DNA of 64,000 nt from Eledone cirrhosa (GCA_964016885.1 OZ024740.1:434868001-434932000), one strand, 5' to 3'; positions 41,368-55,406 are shown, counted from the first letter of the stretch. Numbers and translations are program-made. Notes: generated by a model from the letters alone, not told the origin.

Positions 41368-43215
41368 AAGGTGGTGTGGTGCGTGGTGTGGTGGTGTGTG
41401 TTGGTGTGTGTTGGTGTGGTGGTGTGGGTGGTGGTGGTGTGTGTGGTGTGGTGGTGTGTGTTAGTGTGGTGTGTGGTGTGGGTGGTGGTGGTGTGTGGTT
41501 TGTGGTGTGCTGGTGTGTGGTGTGGTTTGTGGTGTGCTGGTGTGTGGTGTGTGGTGTGCTGGTGTGGTGGTGTGGTGTGGTGTGTGGTGTGGGTGGTGTG
41601 TTGGTGGTGTGTGGTGTGGTGGTGTGGTGTGGGTGGTGGTGGTGTGTGGTGTGTTGGTGGTGTGGTGTGCTGGTGGTGTGGTGTGGGTGGTGTGTGTGGT
41701 GGTGGTGTGTGGGTGGTGGTGGTGTGTGGTGTGGTGGTGTGGGTGGTGGTGGTGGTGTGTGGTGTGCTGGTGGTGTGGTGGTATGTGGTGTGCTGGTGTG
41801 GTGTGGGTGGTGGTGTGTGGTGTGCTGGTGGTGTGGTGGTGTGTGGTGTGCTGGTGTGTTGGTGTGTGGTGGTGGTGTGTGGTGTGTGGTGTGGTAGTGT
41901 GTGCTGGTGTGTGGTGTGGTGTGTTGGTGTGTGGTGTGTGGTGTGGTGGTGTGTTGGTGTGGTGGTGTGTGGTGTGTGGTGTGCTGGTGTGTTGGTGTGT
42001 GGTGTGGTGGTGTGTGGTGTGGTGGTGTGTGGTGTGGGTGGTGGTGGTGTGGTGTGTGGTGTGGGTGGTGGTGGTGTGTGGTGTGGTGTGGGTGGTGGTG
42101 GTGTGTGGTGTGGTGGTGTGTTGGTGGTGTGTGGTGTGGTGGTGTGTTGGTGGTGTGTGGTGTGGTGGTGTGGTGTGGGTGGTGGTGGTGTGTGGGTGGT
42201 GGTGGTGTGTGGTGTGGTGGTGTGTGGTGTGGGTGGTGGTGGTGTGTGGTGTGCTGGTGGTGTGTGGTGTGCTGGTGTGTGTTGGTGTGGTGGTGTGGTG
42301 TGGGTGGTGGTGTGTGGTGTGCTGGTGTGTGGTGTGCTGGTGTGTTGGTGTGTGGTGGTGGTGTGTGGTGTGGTGTGTGGTGTGCTGGTGTGGTGTGTTG
42401 GTGTGGTGTGGTGGTGTGTGGTGTGGTGGTGTGTTGGTGTGGTGGTGTGTGGTGTGTGGTGTGGTGGTGTGTGGTGTGGTGTGGTGGTGTGTGGTGTGGT
42501 GGTGTGTGGTGTGCTGGTGTGTGGTGTGGTGGTGTGGTGGTGTGTGGTGTGCTGGTGTGTGGTGGTGTGGTGGTGTGGTGGTGTGTGGTGTGCTGGTGTG
42601 GTGGTGTGGTCGTGTGTTGGTGTGTGGTGTGTTGGTGTGTGGTGTGCTGGTGTGGTGGTGTGTGTGGTGTGTTGGTGGTGTGTGGTGTGCTGGTGTGGTG
42701 GTGTGTTGGTGGTGTGTGGTATGCTGGTGTGGTGTGGTGTGTGGTGTGGTATGTGGTGTGTTGGTGGTGTGTGGTGTGCTGGTGTGGTGTGCTGGTGTGG
42801 TGTGTGGTGTGGTGTGTGTGGTGTGGTGTGTGTGGTGTGGTGTGTGTGGTGTGGTGGTGTGTGTGGTATGTGGTGTGTTGGTGGTGTGTGGTGTGGTGGT
42901 GTGTGGTGTGGTTTGTGGTGTATTGGTGGTGTGTAGTGTGGTGTGTGATGTGGTGTGTGTGGTGTGGTGTGTGTGGTGTGGTGTGTGGTGTGTGTGGTGT
43001 GTGGTGTGGTGTGTGTGGTGTGTGGTGTGGTGTGTGTGGTGTGTGGTGTGGTATGTGGTGTGTTGGTGGTGTGTGGTGTGGTGTGTGGTGTGGTGTGGTA
43101 TGGTGTGTGTGGTGTGTGGTGTGTTGGTGGTGTGGTATGTGGTGTGTTGGTGGTGTGTGGTGTTGTGTGGTGTGATGTGTGTGGTGTGTGGTGTGTGGTG
43201 TGGTGTGTGTGGTGC
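41368..43215. repeat. (GT/GGT)n low-complexity tract
   Basis: Directly visible; almost only G and T. Confidence 0.97.
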
Positions 43216-43299
43216 TTGGTCAGGATGATTTTAGAGGAAGGAGTAAAAAAAGAGAAAGTGAAGGGGTTTCATTGGAATTACTCCTTTTCATGTTTTTAC

Positions 43300-43464
43300 C
43301 TGTGTCTCCAGTTCCATCACTTTTTGTTTCATCTCCTTCAGAGCTGACAGAGACTGAGCCTCTCTTATTCTTACAGTCATCAATTCTTCTTGGAGAATCC
43401 GCACCTCATGTTTGCAATTTTTCACTTCAGAAACATTTGGTGAGAAGTTGTTCTTACAGTGTTT
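43300..43464 (-). CDS. EVI5: EVI5-like coding exon: KHCKNNFSPNVSEVKNCKHEVRILQEELMTVRIREAQSLSALKEMKQKVMELETQ
   Basis: 165 bp, phase 0, caacag/gtaaaa. Resembles EVI5 LQDELMTIRLREAE...KQRMMEMETQ. Confidence 0.9.
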
Positions 43465-43564
43465 CTGTTGTAAAGAAACATTAAGATAAAAACTATTTTC
43501 CAGAGTGGGAAATCAATAACTTAACATATCAATATATTAATGAAAATCAATCATGTTCTCACAA

Positions 43565-43682
43565 CTGGTGCCACAAGTTAGTCCCTGGGGTGCCACAAAT
43601 TAGTTCCTGGGGTGCCACAAGTTAGTTTCTAAGGTGCCACCAGTTAGTCCCTGGGGTGCCACAAATTAGTGCCTGGGATGCA
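43565..43682. repeat. 22-bp tandem repeat, about 5 copies (GTGCCACAAGTTAGTCCCTGGG)
   Basis: Directly visible. Confidence 0.85.
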
Positions 43683-43957
43683 ACTTTAGATCTTTGATTT
43701 TGTGTCCATCATGTATATCAATGGACCTTAGAAATGTTTTGTGGTAGCCTTTTCTTCTCCAAGAGTCCCATCTCTCACAAAGTTTAGATGAGAGCCAGGG
43801 TACTCGTCCATCTGTCCTTAAAGATGCCGTGGCTGGACCTCAAGATATTCTCTCTACCAAACCAAGATGGTGATAGGAAGAGCATCCATCTTTAGAAAAC
43901 TTGTCAAACAAAGGACAGTGAGGACTCTTTAGTTGTGTCAAGTACATGAAGACCTCT

Positions 43958-46900
43958 ATAGTGCTGGTGATATGATATAATACACAGCGTACTGTGTAGA
44001 GTATAGAAAATAGTGCTGGTGACATGATATAATACACAGGGTACTGTGTAGAGTATAGGAAATAGTGCTGGTGACATGATATAATACACAGGGTACTGTG
44101 TAGAGTATAGAAAATAGTGCTAGTGATATGATATAATACACAGGGTACTGTGTAGAGTATAGAAAATAGTGCTGGTGACATGATATAATACACAGGGTAC
44201 TGTGTAGAGTATAGAAAATAGTGCTGGTGACATGATATAATACACAGGGTACTGTGTAGAGTATAGAAAATAGTGCTGGTGACATGATATAATACACAGG
44301 GTACTGTGTAGAGTATAGAAAATAGTGCTGGTGACATGATATAATACACAGGGTACTGTGTAGAGTATAGAAAATAGTGCTAGTGATATGATATAATACA
44401 CAGGGTACTGTGTAGAGTATAGAAAATAGTGCTGGTGACATGATATAATACACAGGGTACTGTGTAGAGTATAGAAAATAGTGCTGGTGACATGATATAA
44501 TACACAGGGTACTGTGTAGAGTGTAGGAAATAGTGCTGGTGACATGATATAATACACAGGGTACTGTGTAGAGTGTAGAAAATAGTGCTGGTGACATGAT
44601 ATAATACACAGGGTACTGTGTAGAGTGTAGAAAATAGTGCTGGTGACATGATATAATACACAGGGTACTGTGTAGAGTATAGAAAATAGTGCTGGTGACA
44701 TGATATAATACACAGGGTACTGTGTAGAGTGTAGGAAATAGTGCTGGTGACATGATATAATACACAGGGTACTGTGTAGAGTATAGAAAATAGTGCTGGT
44801 GACATGATATAATACACAGGGTACTGTGTAGAGTGTAGGAAATAGTGCTGGTGACATGATATAATACACAGGGTACTGTGTAGAGTATAGAAAATAGTGC
44901 TCGTGACATGATATAATACACAGGGTACTGTGTAGAGTATAGAAAATAGTGCTGGTGACATGATATAATACACAGGGTACTGTGTAGAGTATAGAAAATA
45001 GTGCTGGTGACATGATATAATACACAGCGTACTGTGTAGAGTGTAGGAAATAGTGCTGGTGACATGATATAATACACAGGGTACTGTGTAGAGTGTAGGA
45101 AATAGTGCTGGTGACATGATATAATACACAGGGTACTGTGTAGAGTATAGAAAATAGTGCTGGTGACATGATATAATACACAGGGTACTGTGTAGAGTGT
45201 AGGAAATAGTGCTGGTGACATGATATAATACACAGGGTACTGTGTAGAGTATAGAAAATAGTGCTGGTGACATGATATAATACACAGGGTACTGTGTAGA
45301 GTATAGAAAATAGTGCTGGTGACATGATATAATACACAGGGTACTGTGTAGAGTATAGAAAATAGTGCTGGTGACATGATATAATACACAGGGTACTGTG
45401 TAGAGTATAGAAAATAGTGCTGGTGACATGATAAAATACACAGGGTACTGTGTAGAGTATAGAAAATAGTGCTGGTGACATGATATAATACACAGGGTAC
45501 TGTGTAGAGTGTAGGAAATAGTGCTGGTGACATGATATAATACACAGGGTACTGTGTAGAGTGTAGAAAATAGTGCTGGTGACATGATATAATACACAGG
45601 GTACTGTGTAGAGTGTAGAAAATAGTGCTGGTGACATGATATAATACACAGGGTACTGTGTAGAGTATAGGAAATAGTGCTGGTGACATGATATAATACA
45701 CAGGGTACTGTGTAGAGTATAGGAAATAGTGCTGGTGACATGATATAATACACAGGGTACTGTGTAGAGTATAGGAAATAGTGCTGGTGACATGATATAA
45801 TACACAGGGTACTGTGTAGAGTATAGGAAATAGTGCTGGTGACATGATATAATACACAGGGTACTGTGTAGAGTATAGGAAATAGTGCTGGTGACATGAT
45901 ATAATACACAGGGTACTGTGTAGAGTATAGGAAATAGTGCTGGTGACATGATATAATACACAGGGTACTGTGTAGAGTATAGGAAATAGTGCTGGTGACA
46001 TGATATAATACACAGGGTACTGTGTAGAGTGTAGAAAATAGTGCTGGTGACATGATATAATACACAGGGTACTGTGTAGAGTGTAGAAAATAGTGCTGGT
46101 GACATGATATAATACACAGGGTACTGTGTAGAGTGTAGAAAATAGTGCTGGTGACATGATATAATACACAGGGTACTGTGTAGAGTGTAGGAAATAGTGC
46201 TGGTGACATGATATAATACACAGGGTACTGTGTAGAGTGTAGAAAATAGTGCTGGTGACATGATATAATACACAGGGTACTGTGTAGAGTATAGAAAATA
46301 GTGCTGGTGACATGATATAATACACAGGGTACTGTGTAGAGTGTAGGAAATAGTGCTGGTGACATGATATAATACACAGGGTACTGTGTAGAGTATAGAA
46401 AATAGTGCTGGTGACATGATATAATACACAGGGTACTGTGTAGAGTATAGAAAATAGTGCTGGTGACATGATATAATACACAGGGTACTGTGTAGAGTAT
46501 AGAAAATAGTGCTGGTGACATGATATAATACACAGCGTACTGTGTAGAGTATAGAAAATAGTGCTGGTGACATGATATAATACACAGGGTACTGTGTAGA
46601 GTGTAGGAAATAGTGCTGGTGACATGATATAATACACAGGGTACTGTGTAGAGTATAGAAAATAGTGCTGGTGACATGATATAATACACAGGGTACTGTG
46701 TAGAGTGTAGGAAATAGTGCTGGTGACATGATATAATACACAGGGTACTGTGTAGAGTATAGAAAATAGTGCTGGTGACATGATATAATACACAGGGTAC
46801 TGTGTAGAGTATAGAAAATAGTGCTGGTGACATGATATAATACACAGGGTACTGTGTAGAGTATAGAAAATAGTGCTGGTGACATGATATAATACACAGC

Positions 46901-49900
46901 GTACTGTGTAGAGTATAGAAAATAGTGCTGGTGACATGATATAATACACAGGGTACTGTGTAGAGTATAGAAAATAGTGCTGGTGACATGATATAATACA
47001 CAGGGTACTGTGTAGAGTATAGAAAATAGTGCTGGTGACATGATATAATACACAGGGTACTGTGTAGAGTGTAGAAAATAGTGCTGGTGACATGATATAA
47101 TACACAGGGTACTGTGTAGAGTGTAGAAAATAGTGCTGGTGACATGATATAATACACAGGGTACTGTGTAGAGTATAGGAAATAGTGCTGGTGACATGAT
47201 GTAATACACAGGGTACTGTGTAGAGTATCGGAAATAGTGCTGGTGACATGATATAATACACAGGGTACTGTGTAGAGTATAGGAAATAGTGCTGGTGACA
47301 TGATATAATACACAGGGTACTGTGTAGAGTATAGGAAATAGTGCTGGTGACATGATATAATACACAGGGTACTGTGTAGAGTATAGGAAATAGTGCTGGT
47401 GACATGATATAATACACAGGGTACTGTGTAGAGTATAGGAAATAGTGCTGGTGACATGATATAATACACAGGGTACTGTGTAGAGTATAGGAAATAGTGC
47501 TGGTGACATGATATAATACACATGGTACTGTGTAGAGTGTAGGAAATAGTGCTGGTGACATGATATAATACACAGGGTACTGTGTAGAGTATAGGAAATA
47601 GTGCTGGTGACATGATATAATACACAGGGTACTGTGTAGAGTATAGGAAATAGTGCTGGTGACATGATATAATACACAGGGTACTGTGTAGAGTATAGGA
47701 AATAGTGCTGGTGACATGATATAATACACAGGGTACTGTGTAGAGTATAGGAAATAGTGCTGGTGACTTGATATAATACACAGGGTACTGTGTAGAGTAT
47801 AGGAAATAGTGCTGGTGACATGATATAATACACAGGGTACTGTGTAGAGTATAGGAAATAGTGCTGGTGACATGATATAATACACAGGGTACTGTGTAGA
47901 GTATAGGAAATAGTGCTGGTGACATGATATAATACACAGGGTACTGTGTAGAGTATAGGAAATAGTGCTGGTGACATGATATAATACACAGGGTACTGTG
48001 TAGAGTATAGGAAATAGTGCTGGTGACATGATATAATACACAGGGTACTGTGTAGAGTATAGGAAATAGTGCTGGTGACATGATATAATACACAGGGTAC
48101 TGTGTAGACTATAGAAAATAGTGCTGGTGACATGATATAATACACAGCGTACTGTGTAGAGTATAGAAAATAGTGCTGGTGACATGATATAATACACAGG
48201 GTACTGTGTAGAGTGTAGGAAATAGTGCTGGTGACATGATATAATACACAGGGTACTGTGTAGAGTATAGAAAATAGTGCTGGTGACATGATATAATACA
48301 CAGGGTACTGTGTAGAGTGTAGGAAATAGTGCTGGTGACATGATATAATACACAGGGTACTGTGTAGAGTATAGAAAATAGTGCTGGTGACATGATATAA
48401 TACACAAGGTACTGTGTAGAGTATAGAAAATAGTGCTGGTGACATGATATAATACACAGGGTACTGTGTAGAGTATAGAAAATAGTGCTGGTGACATGAT
48501 ATAATACACAGGGTACTGTGTAGAGTGTAGAAAATAGTGCTGGTGACATGATATAATACACAGGGTACTGTGTAGAGTATAGAAAATAGTGCTGGTGACA
48601 TGATATAATACACAGGGTACTGTGTAGAGTGTAGGAAATAGTGCTGGTGACATGATATAATACACAGGGTACTGTGTAGAGTATAGAAAATAGTGCTGGT
48701 GACATGATATAATACACAGGGTACTGTGTAGAGTGTAGAAAATAGTGCTGGTGACATGATATAATACACAGGGTACTGTGTAGAGTGTAGAAAATAGTGC
48801 TGGTGACATGATATAATACACAGGGTACTGTGTAGAGTATAGGAAATAGTGCTGGTGACATGATATAATACACAGGGTACTGTGTAGAGTATAGGAAATA
48901 GTGCTGGTGACATGATATAATACACAGGGTACTGTGTAGAGTATAGGAAATAGTGCTGGTGACATGATATAATACACAGGGTACTGTGTAGAGTATAGGA
49001 AATAGTGCTGGTGACATTATATAATACACAGGGTACTGTGTAGAGTATAGGAAATAGTGCTGGTGACATGATATAATACACAGGGTACTGTGTAGAGTAT
49101 AGGAAATAGTGCTGGTGACATGATATAATACACAGGGTACTGTGTAGAGTATAGGAAATAGTGCTGGTGACATGATATAATACACAGGGTACTGTGTAGA
49201 GTGTAGGAAATAGTGCTGGTGACATGATATAATACACAGGGTACTGTGTAGAGTATAGGAAATAGTGCTGGTGACATGATATAATACACAGGGTACTGTG
49301 TAGAGTATAGGAAATAGTGCTGGTGACATGATATAATACACAGGGTACTGTGTAGAGTATAGGAAATAGTGCTGGTGACATGATATAATACACAGGGTAC
49401 TGTGTAGAGTATAGGAAATAGTGCTGGTGACATGATATAATACACAGGGTACTGTGTAGAGTATAGGAAATAGTGCTGGTGACATGATATAATACACAGG
49501 GTACTGTGTAGAGTATAGGAAATAGTGCTGGTGACATGATATAATACACAGGGTACTGTGTAGAGTATAGGAAATAGTGCTGGTGACATGATATAATACA
49601 CAGGGTACTGTGTAGAGTATAGGAAATAGTGCTGGTGACATGATATAATACACAGGGTACTGTGTAGAGTATAGGAAATAGTGCTGGTGACATGATATAA
49701 TACACAGGGTACTGTGTAGAGTATAGAAAATAGTGCTGGTGACATGATATAATACACAGCGTACTGTGTAGAGTATAGAAAATAGTGCTGGTGACATGAT
49801 ATAATACACAGGGTACTGTGTAGAGTGTAGGAAATAGTGCTGGTGACATGATATAATACACAGGGTACTGTGTAGAGTGTAGGAAATAGTGCTGGTGACA

Positions 49901-52900
49901 TGATATAATACACAGGGTACTGTGTAGAGTGTAGGAAATAGTGCTGGTGACATGATATAATACACAGGGTACTGTGTAGAGTATAGAAAATAGTGCTGGT
50001 GACATGATATAATACACAAGGTACTGTGTAGAGTGTAGAAAATAGTGCTGGTGACATGATATAATACACAGGGTACTGTGTAGAGTGTAGAAAATAGTGC
50101 TGGTGACATCATATAATACACAGGGTACTGTGTAGAGTATAGGAAATAGTGCTGGTGACATGATATAATACACAGGGTACTGTGTAGAGTATAGGAAATA
50201 GTGCTGGTGACATGATATAATACACAGGGTACTGTGTAGAGTATAGGAAATAGTGCTGGTGACATGATATAATACACAGGGTACTGTGTAGAGTATAGGA
50301 AATAGTGCTGGTGACATGATATAATACACAGGGTACTGTGTAGAGTATAGGAAATAGTGCTGGTGACATGATATAATACACAGGGTACTGTGTAGAGTAT
50401 AGGAAATAGTGCTGGTGACATGATATAATACACAGGGTACTGTGTAGAGTGTAGGAAATAGTGCTGGTGACATGATATAATACACAGGGTACTGTGTAGA
50501 GTGTAGAAAATAGTGCTGGTGACATGATATAATACACAGGGTACTGTGTAGAGTGTAGAAAATAGTGCTGGTGACATGATATAATACACAGGGTACTGTG
50601 TAGAGTATAGAAAATAGTGCTGGTGACATGATATAATACACAGGGTACTGTGTAGAGTGTAGGAAATAGTGCTGGTGACATGATATAATACACAGGGTAC
50701 TGTGTAGAGTATAGAAAATAGTGCTGGTGACATGATATAATACACAGGGTACTGTGTAGAGTGTAGGAAATAGTGCTGGTGACATGATATAATACACAGG
50801 GTACTGTGTAGAGTATAGGAAATAGTGCTGGTGACATGATATAATACACAGGGTACTGTGTAGAGTATAGGAAATAGTGCTGGTGACATGATATAATACA
50901 CAGGGTACTGTGTAGAGTATAGGAAATAGTGCTGGTGACATGATATAATACACAGGGTACTGTGTAGAGTATAGGAAATAGTGCTGGTGACATGATATAA
51001 TACACAGGGTACTGTGTAGAGTATAGGAAATAGTGCTGGTGACATGATATAATACACAGGGTACTGTGTAGAGTATAGAAAATAGTGCTGGTGACATGAT
51101 ATAATACACAGGGTACTGTGTAGAGTATAGAAAATAGTGCTGGTGACATGATATAATACACAGGGTACTGTGTAGAGTGTAGGAAATAGTGCTGGTGACA
51201 TGATATAATACACAGGGTACTGTGTAGAGTATAGGAAATAGTGCTGGTGACATGATATAATACACAGGGTACTGTGTAGAGTATAGGAAATAGTGCTGGT
51301 GACATGATATAATACACAGGGTACTGTGTAGAGTATAGGAAATAGTGCTGGTGACATTATATAATACACAGGGTACTGTGTAGAGTATAGGAAATAGTGC
51401 TGGTGACATGATATAATACACAGGGTACTGTGTAGAGTATAGGAAATAGTGCTGGTGACATGATATAATACACAGGGTACTGTGTAGAGTATAGGAAATA
51501 GTGCTGGTGACATGATATAATACACAGGGTACTGTGTAGAGTGTAGGAAATAGTGCTGGTGACATGATATAATACACAGGGTACTGTGTAGAGTATAGGA
51601 AATAGTGCTGGTGACATGATATAATACACAGGGTACTGTGTAGAGTATAGGAAATAGTGCTGGTGACATGATATAATACACAGGGTACTGTGTAGAGTAT
51701 AGGAAATAGTGCTGGTGACATGATATAATACACAGGGTACTGTGTAGAGTATAGGAAATAGTGCTGGTGACATGATATAATACACAGGGTACTGTGTAGA
51801 GTATAGAAAATAGTGCTGGTGACATGATATAATACACAGGGTACTGTGTAGAGTATAGAAAATAGTGCTGGTGACATGATATAATACACAGGGTACTGTG
51901 TAGAGTGTAGGAAATAGTGCTGGTGACATGATATAATACACAGGGTACTGTGTAGAGTATAGGAAATAGTGCTGGTGACATGATATAATACACAGGGTAC
52001 TGTGTAGAGTATAGGAAATAGTGCTGGTGACATGATATAATACACAGGGTACTGTGTAGAGTATAGGAAATAGTGCTGGTGACATGATATAATACACAGG
52101 GTACTGTGTAGAGTATAGGAAATAGTGCTGGTGACATGATATAATACACAGGGTACTGTGTAGAGTATAGGAAATAGTGCTGGTGACATGATATAATACA
52201 CAGGGTACTGTGTAGAGTATAGGAAATAGTGCTGGTGACATGATATAATACACAGGGTACTGTGTAGAGTGTAGGAAATAGTGCTGGTGACATGATATAA
52301 TACACAGGGTACTGTGTAGAGTATAGGAAATAGTGCTGGTGACATGATATAATACACAGGGTACTGTGTAGAGTATAGGAAATAGTGCTGGTGACATGAT
52401 ATAATACACAGGGTACTGTGTAGAGTATAGGAAATAGTGCTGGTGACATGATATAATACACAGGGTACTGTGTAGAGTATAGGAAATAGTGCTGGTGACA
52501 TGATATAATACACAGGGTACTGTGTAGAGTATAGGAAATAGTGCTGGTGACATGATATAATACACAGGGTACTGTGTAGAGTATAGGAAATAGTGCTGGT
52601 GACATGATATAATACACAGGGTACTGTGTAGAGTATAGGAAATAGTGCTGGTGACATGATATAATACACAGGGTACTGTGTAGAGTGTAGGAAATAGTGC
52701 TGGTGACATGATATAATACACAGGGTACTGTGTAGAGTGTAGGAAATAGTGCTGGTGACATTATATAATACACAGGGTACTGTGTAGAGTGTAGAAAATA
52801 GTGCTGGTGACATGATATAATACACAAGGAATTATGTAGAGTGTAGGAAATAGTGCTGGTGACATGATATAATACACAAGGAATTATGTAGAGTGTAGGA

Positions 52901-53318
52901 AATAGTGCTGGTGACATGATATAATACACAAGGAATTATGTAGAGTGTAGGAAATAGTGCTGGTGACATGATATAATACACAAGGAATTATGTAGAGTGT
53001 AGGAAATAGTGCTGGTGACATGATATAATACACAAGGAATTATGTAGAGTGTAGGAAATAGTGCTGGTGACATGATATAATACACAAGGAATTATGTAGA
53101 GTGTAGGAAATAGTGCTGGTGACATGATATAATACACAAGGAATTATGTAGAGTGTAGGAAATAGTGCTGGTGACATCATATAATACACAAGGAATTATG
53201 TAGAGTGTAGGAAATAGTGCTGGTGACATTATATAATACACAAGGAATTATGTAGAGTGTAGGAAATAGTGCTGGTGACATGATATAATACACAAGGAAT
53301 TATGTAGAGTGTAGGAAT
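43958..53318. repeat. 52-bp satellite, about 180 copies (ATAGTGCTGGTGACATGATATAATACACAGGGTACTGTGTAGAGTRTAGRAA)
   Basis: Directly visible and length-invariant. The last ~10 units are a distinct variant (CAAGGAATTATGTAG). Confidence 0.99.
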
Positions 53319-53582
53319 GTATGTAAAAGAGATGAGGTTCTGGCTATTCTCAGAGATTAGAGCTGACATGGTCTGTAATGCCCTGTCCAACACTTGCTAG
53401 CAGGGAAAACATGTTATATGATGATGATGATGGTGGTGATGATGGTGATGGTGATGGTGATGATGGTGATGGTGGTGGTAATATCTAAATGTAGTTCAAT
53501 TATCAGGGATTTCACAAACTCTGACAGCAGCAAGTCAAGTGTATTGCTGGAATGTGAGGAAAAGGTAGAGCTTGGATGAACT

Positions 53583-54285
53583 GAGGGAGAAAGACCTGGG
53601 CAGGGGTGGTGAGAGCTGACCAAGGGAGAAAGACCTGGACAGAGGTGGTGAGAGCTGACCGAGGGAGAAAGACCTGGACAGAGGGGGTGAGAGCTGACCG
53701 AGGGAGAAAGACCTGGACAGAGGTGGTGAGAGCTGATCGAGGGAGAAAGACCTGGACAGAGGGGGTGAGAGCTGATCGAGGGAGAAAGACCTGGACAGAG
53801 GGGGTGAGAGCTGACCGAGGGAGAAAGACCTGGACAGAGGGGGTGAGAGCTGATCGAGGGAGAAAGACCTGGACAGAGGGGGTGAGAGCTGACCGAGGGA
53901 GAAAGACCTGGACAGAGGTGGTGAGAGCTGACCAAGGGAGAAAGACCTGGACAGAGGTGGTGAGAGCTGACCGAGGGAGAAAGACCTGGACAGAGGGGGT
54001 GAGAGCTGACCGAGGGAGAAAGACCTGGACAGAGGTGGTGAGAGCTGACCAAGGGAGAAAGACATGGACAGAGGTGGAGAGAGCTGACCGAGGGAGAAAG
54101 ACCTGGACAGAGGTGGTGAGAGCTGACCAAGGGAGAAAGACATGGACAGAGGTGGAGAGAGCTGACCGAGGGAGAAAGACATGGACAGAGGTGGAGAGAG
54201 CTGACCGAGGGAGAAAGACATGGACAGAGGTGGAGAGAGCTGACCGAGGGAGAAAGACATGGACAGAGGTGGAGAGAGCTGACCT
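53583..54285 (+). repeat. 39-bp minisatellite, about 18 copies, RTE-derived
   Basis: GAGGGAGAAAGACCTGGACAGAGGTGGTGAGAGCTGACC, which translates as RGRKTWTEVVRAD. Confidence 0.95.
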
Positions 54286-54411
54286 CAAGTCACTGAGATT
54301 CACAGAGGATATGATGAAAGACTACAGCAAATGGAGAGATAATGTGCTGAAAAGGACCTGTCCAACCCATGTAAGTGTGGAAAAATGAACATAAAAACCA
54401 TGAAGATGATG
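54286..54411 (+). mobile_element. Old RTE ORF2 C-terminus plus 3' tail, contiguous with the 39-bp minisatellite
   Basis: DLKSLRFTEDMMKDYSKWRDNVLKRT parallels DITHLHLSKTMSLDRDLWRYSVTEKT of the full RTE. It ends ccaacccatgtaagtgtggaaaaatgaacataaaaaccatgaagatgatg. Confidence 0.7.
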
Positions 54412-54472
54412 TATTTCACAGCCCCAAGAGAACAACATTTTGTTTTGCTCTAAGTTAAAATATGCTACTAAC

Positions 54473-54619
54473 CTCCCAAAATTGATCAAGTTCATTGACT
54501 TTCATACGGAGTTCCTTTAATGAAAGATTTGCTTCAGCCTCTCGTAACTTCACTGCAATAAGTTCCTCCTGTAAATGTTGAACATCATTACTTGGAGCCC
54601 GCTGTAACACCTGGTTTGT
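54473..54619 (-). CDS. EVI5: EVI5-like coding exon: TNQVLQRAPSNDVQHLQEELIAVKLREAEANLSLKELRMKVNELDQFWE
   Basis: 147 bp, phase 0, tttcag/gttagt. LQEELIAVKLREAEA matches the vertebrate EVI5 motif as I recall it. Confidence 0.92.
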
Positions 54620-55406
54620 CTGAAATGTCAATAAAAAGTAGATTATTAGAGAGTTAGTCAGTAAAGCACTCTATTATTTAAGGTTTCTATCACTGCCTCA
54701 TATTTCTGGATCTTTAATACTTCCTAAGTATCAACCAAATATAGGGACCAGGTCAATTGTTATAAAAATGGTACCTTGACCCTAATAAATATTTTAAAAT
54801 AGAGAGTATATCTTTTTCCATGTCGTCCATTACAAAAATCTATGGGGACAATCTATCCCTTTGACTAGCAACAAAGAAAAAGTCAGGGGTTGGTTCATAT
54901 TTTAGGGAGAAAAGAAGAGAAATATTAAACTGTAGGAATTGTAAGATATCAGGCCTAATGATGATGTTATTAGATGTGTGTCTGGAAGGATACACAACAC
55001 AATGTCCCTGAAATTATAAGTGATGGTAGAGTATGGTGTGTACCTGTAACACCTGAAGAAGTTGTAGGGATGACATATTGACGACATACGTATCATGTAT
55101 TGCTCTATACAGCGCTGGCCTGGGACCCCCCTACTTGTCCTTCTTCCTTGCTCTGGTGACTAGGCTCGATGGAGCCTGCAACCCTTGATATATTTTTGTT
55201 TATAGGCTCCGATGATTCCTGCCCTAGGGTATGGATGAAACAGTTAGCAAATAAAACAATGTATTTCTAAGCACTCTTTGGTTATTCCTAAACTTATAAC
55301 GGCTCTGTAGTATACTAATTATCCTACATTGAGCTAAAACCACACTGTCATACCAAGGACAATATATCTGTGTGTGTGTGTACATTAGTGTAATTGTCAA
55401 TGGAAC

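Noticed and set aside
41317-43347. Cys/Gly/Val/Trp-rich ORFs of 400-585 aa
   Set aside because: The G/T-only low-complexity tract cannot form stop codons, so it is open in all frames.
43840-52929. Giant ORFs of up to 2901 aa
   Set aside because: They are translations of a stop-free 52-bp satellite, and the same peptide cycles through all three frames. They lie in an intron.
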